Below, piece by piece: positions 61,953-64,000 of a DNA stretch of 64,000 bases. The DNA comes from Chlorokybus atmophyticus (Eukaryota > Plantae > Mesostigma and Chlorokybus algae). The position numbers and the translations under genes are program-made. Position 1 is the stretch's first letter. Every line of letters begins with the position of its first letter. The stretch lies in assembly GCA_009103225.1 (NCBI GenBank), contig RHPI01003369.1, positions 783,822 through 847,821 of the forward strand, given 5' to 3'. The notes beneath the pieces were generated by a model, which was not told the DNA's origin, did not search any database, and was given only the letters and a program-made list of their open reading frames with translations.

Positions 61953-63041
61953 GCCCTATGCAAGCAATGTCGTTGACCAAGTTGTTTTGTGCCTTGAAGT
62001 TGCAATTGCATGGTTGCAGATGGCGATCTGTGCAATTGCAACAGCAAATAGACAGTTGCTCAAGCACCTAGCGGAAGTTGAGGCTGAAAGAAACCTTCAC
62101 AGCTCTTTGCGTGGTGCCAGTGAGGGTGGATGCCGCACTTGCATGCGTGCCCTTTCTCTTATTGGCATTTACTGTTTACTGGCTTCAACGTAGGCTGCAA
62201 GGATGCGATTGGCATGTCAAAAAGCCGTTTGCTGCAGAGAATGTGCCACATTGGCAGCCTATCGTGCGTCTTGCAGACTGTGTCAAGTGCGTGCACTAGC
62301 CTGTAGTAATAGAGCACAGTGCAGTGGATCAGACGGACATACAGCTGCTGCACTGTTGTCTAGCCGTGGCAACATGCATGCGCAACTTGTTTCTGAAGCA
62401 TCTTAGCAGTCCCGGCAATAGCTGATGTGCTCAAACTCAACCTACACGTTTGCAGTATTCATGGGACTCATGTTAACAGCAGCATATTGATTAAGTTGAC
62501 ACAAGGGCTTGGCTTGTTATAGCGGCGACTGTGAACAAATGAACTTGCGAGCAGCGAACAACTGTACACAAAGCCATTGTGGCAGCGATTCCAGCGTACA
62601 CGTCGTTGGAAAAGCTGTTGCTGTCAAGTTGTGAGTGACCAGCGACCAACAGCTTGCTTGACAACCAGTACACGCAGCTGTTACAACAGTGGAATGCTGC
62701 GCTGCACAGACTCTCACCTAGCCACATGCAGCCCTGCCATGTGCCAGCGCATGACAGCCCCAACCAATATCCGATGCCGCTTGAACCCACCGGCAACCTA
62801 GGCCAAGCCGTGGGCCAAAAGGCCAGCACTTGCAGCAGCTGAGACAGGCTAATCTGGCTACAACGCAGTGGCAGCGGACAGCCGTTGCGCTGCTACACGC
62901 CGTCCGTGGTACCGTGATGATGCGGCACACTGTGGTGGCAACGTCCACCCCGTCGCCGCCACCGCCGCCGCCGCCGCCCACTGCCTAGATTCGCGAAATT
63001 TTGCGTGTGCGGGATAGGGCTTGCTTCGTCCACGTTGCGTT

Positions 63042-63114
63042 GTTATGACGGCAACGACCGCAACCGCCGTCATAACATAATGACGGCGGTTGCGGTCGTT
63101 GCCGCCGTCATTAT
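63042..63114. repeat. Nested palindrome (two short hairpins that are inverted copies of each other)
   Basis: GTTATGACGGC...GCCGTCATAAC followed by ATAATGACGGCGG...CCGCCGTCATTAT. Together they form a ~25-bp perfect stem around the loop AACATA. Confidence 0.85.
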
Positions 63115-64000
63115 TCATCTATCGCCGTCAACGTGCAATGGTGCTACCAACGCAACGAAACAAAACGCTCCTGCAGTTCGCTTGGCTGCGAGTATTGCCG
63201 GCGTGCGTACCGGCAGCGGTACGGGTGTCTCTATCACAGTCAGTGTAATGCAGGCAGTGAGTGATCGCTCCATTGTGCGTCCGCTTGCGCGTTGATGCTT
63301 GCTTTTTGGTGTGAACGCTGCTGCTGGCTAGCAGGAGTGGTGCTGTGTCTGCGTGCCAGCTAGGGAGTGTAAGAACCTGCAAGCCAAGCCATGCCAACTA
63401 GCAGCTTCAGTTATCAAAGAACTACGCTATTACAGGCGTTGCATACGAACGTTGCCACACACAGAAGCGGTATTGGACGCTGTGGCAGCAATTATGTCTG
63501 TGAAAACGTGCGTAGGTCTACTGAGGTCAACGAGGGGACGAGGGCAGTTTGTAGCTGTTGCTGTTGCTGACGCAAACAGTACGCAGCATGCGCATGGCTG
63601 CAGCATCATTAACAGCAATTGGTGGGTTGCATGTTGTTTGTTAAGAGTGCAATGCATATGGTGTATGCAGCTGAAGAGCGGTAGCGCAGGTAAGTGATGT
63701 TAATGATTGATTAAACTAGGCTTGCGTCAATCTTGATGCTGGCAATGTTTCAGTCGCCTAATATGTAATTTTCGTCTAGTTTCTTCAAGTTGACACCTGC
63801 TATTACGCTATGTCAATTCATTCTGCGTTAGCACATGTCACCAGTCAGTGGGAGAAGTTGCACATACAATGTATTATGCAAGGATACACCTCACCCTGCC
63901 AGTGAACTATCTGGCGTTGCGTAAACAGCGCGTCCTTCTCTCGTCGTGCCATGGACATAAAGTCATAACGCATTCATTGTGTGCCCTCCCCCCCCGCCCC

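Overview
Eukaryotic, intron-rich, GC-moderate green-lineage nuclear DNA. The CRL, CYP28 and LSM1 orthologues look land-plant-like, which suggests a streptophyte alga (inference). The left part (~2-29.3 kb) is a compact run of mostly head-to-head conserved genes: a hypothetical membrane protein, CRUMPLED LEAF/CpcT-like, a very long coiled-coil protein, an unknown gene, cyclophilin CYP28-like, UNC-93-like MFS, LSM1 and a 10x CCHC zinc-knuckle protein. The right part (~29.7-62 kb) is an accessory array of 3-4 diverged copies of a multigene unit. Each unit has a conserved block C, a minus-strand gene A (Cys-rich TDBD/SAND-like domain plus coiled coil) and a divergent plus-strand gene B (ALOG/integrase-core-binding-like N-terminus, coiled coil, SDSEEDVPL+basic motif, novel C-terminal domain), followed by a convergent gene D. 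Some copies are intact, one A/B pair is pseudogenised in both genes, and one pair is split by a ~5 kb nest of LTR retroelements. That nest holds a gag remnant and two families of miniature LTR elements (TRIMs). TRIM family A has 79-bp LTRs, a tRNA-iMet PBS, a PPT, perfect 5-bp TSDs, and a tRNA-type Pol III promoter assembled across the LTR/PBS junction (A box in the LTR, B box in the internal region, 32-33 nt apart). Homopolymer and dinucleotide tracts and two N gaps limit reliability locally. Homologies were recognised by eye and from memory; no database search was run.
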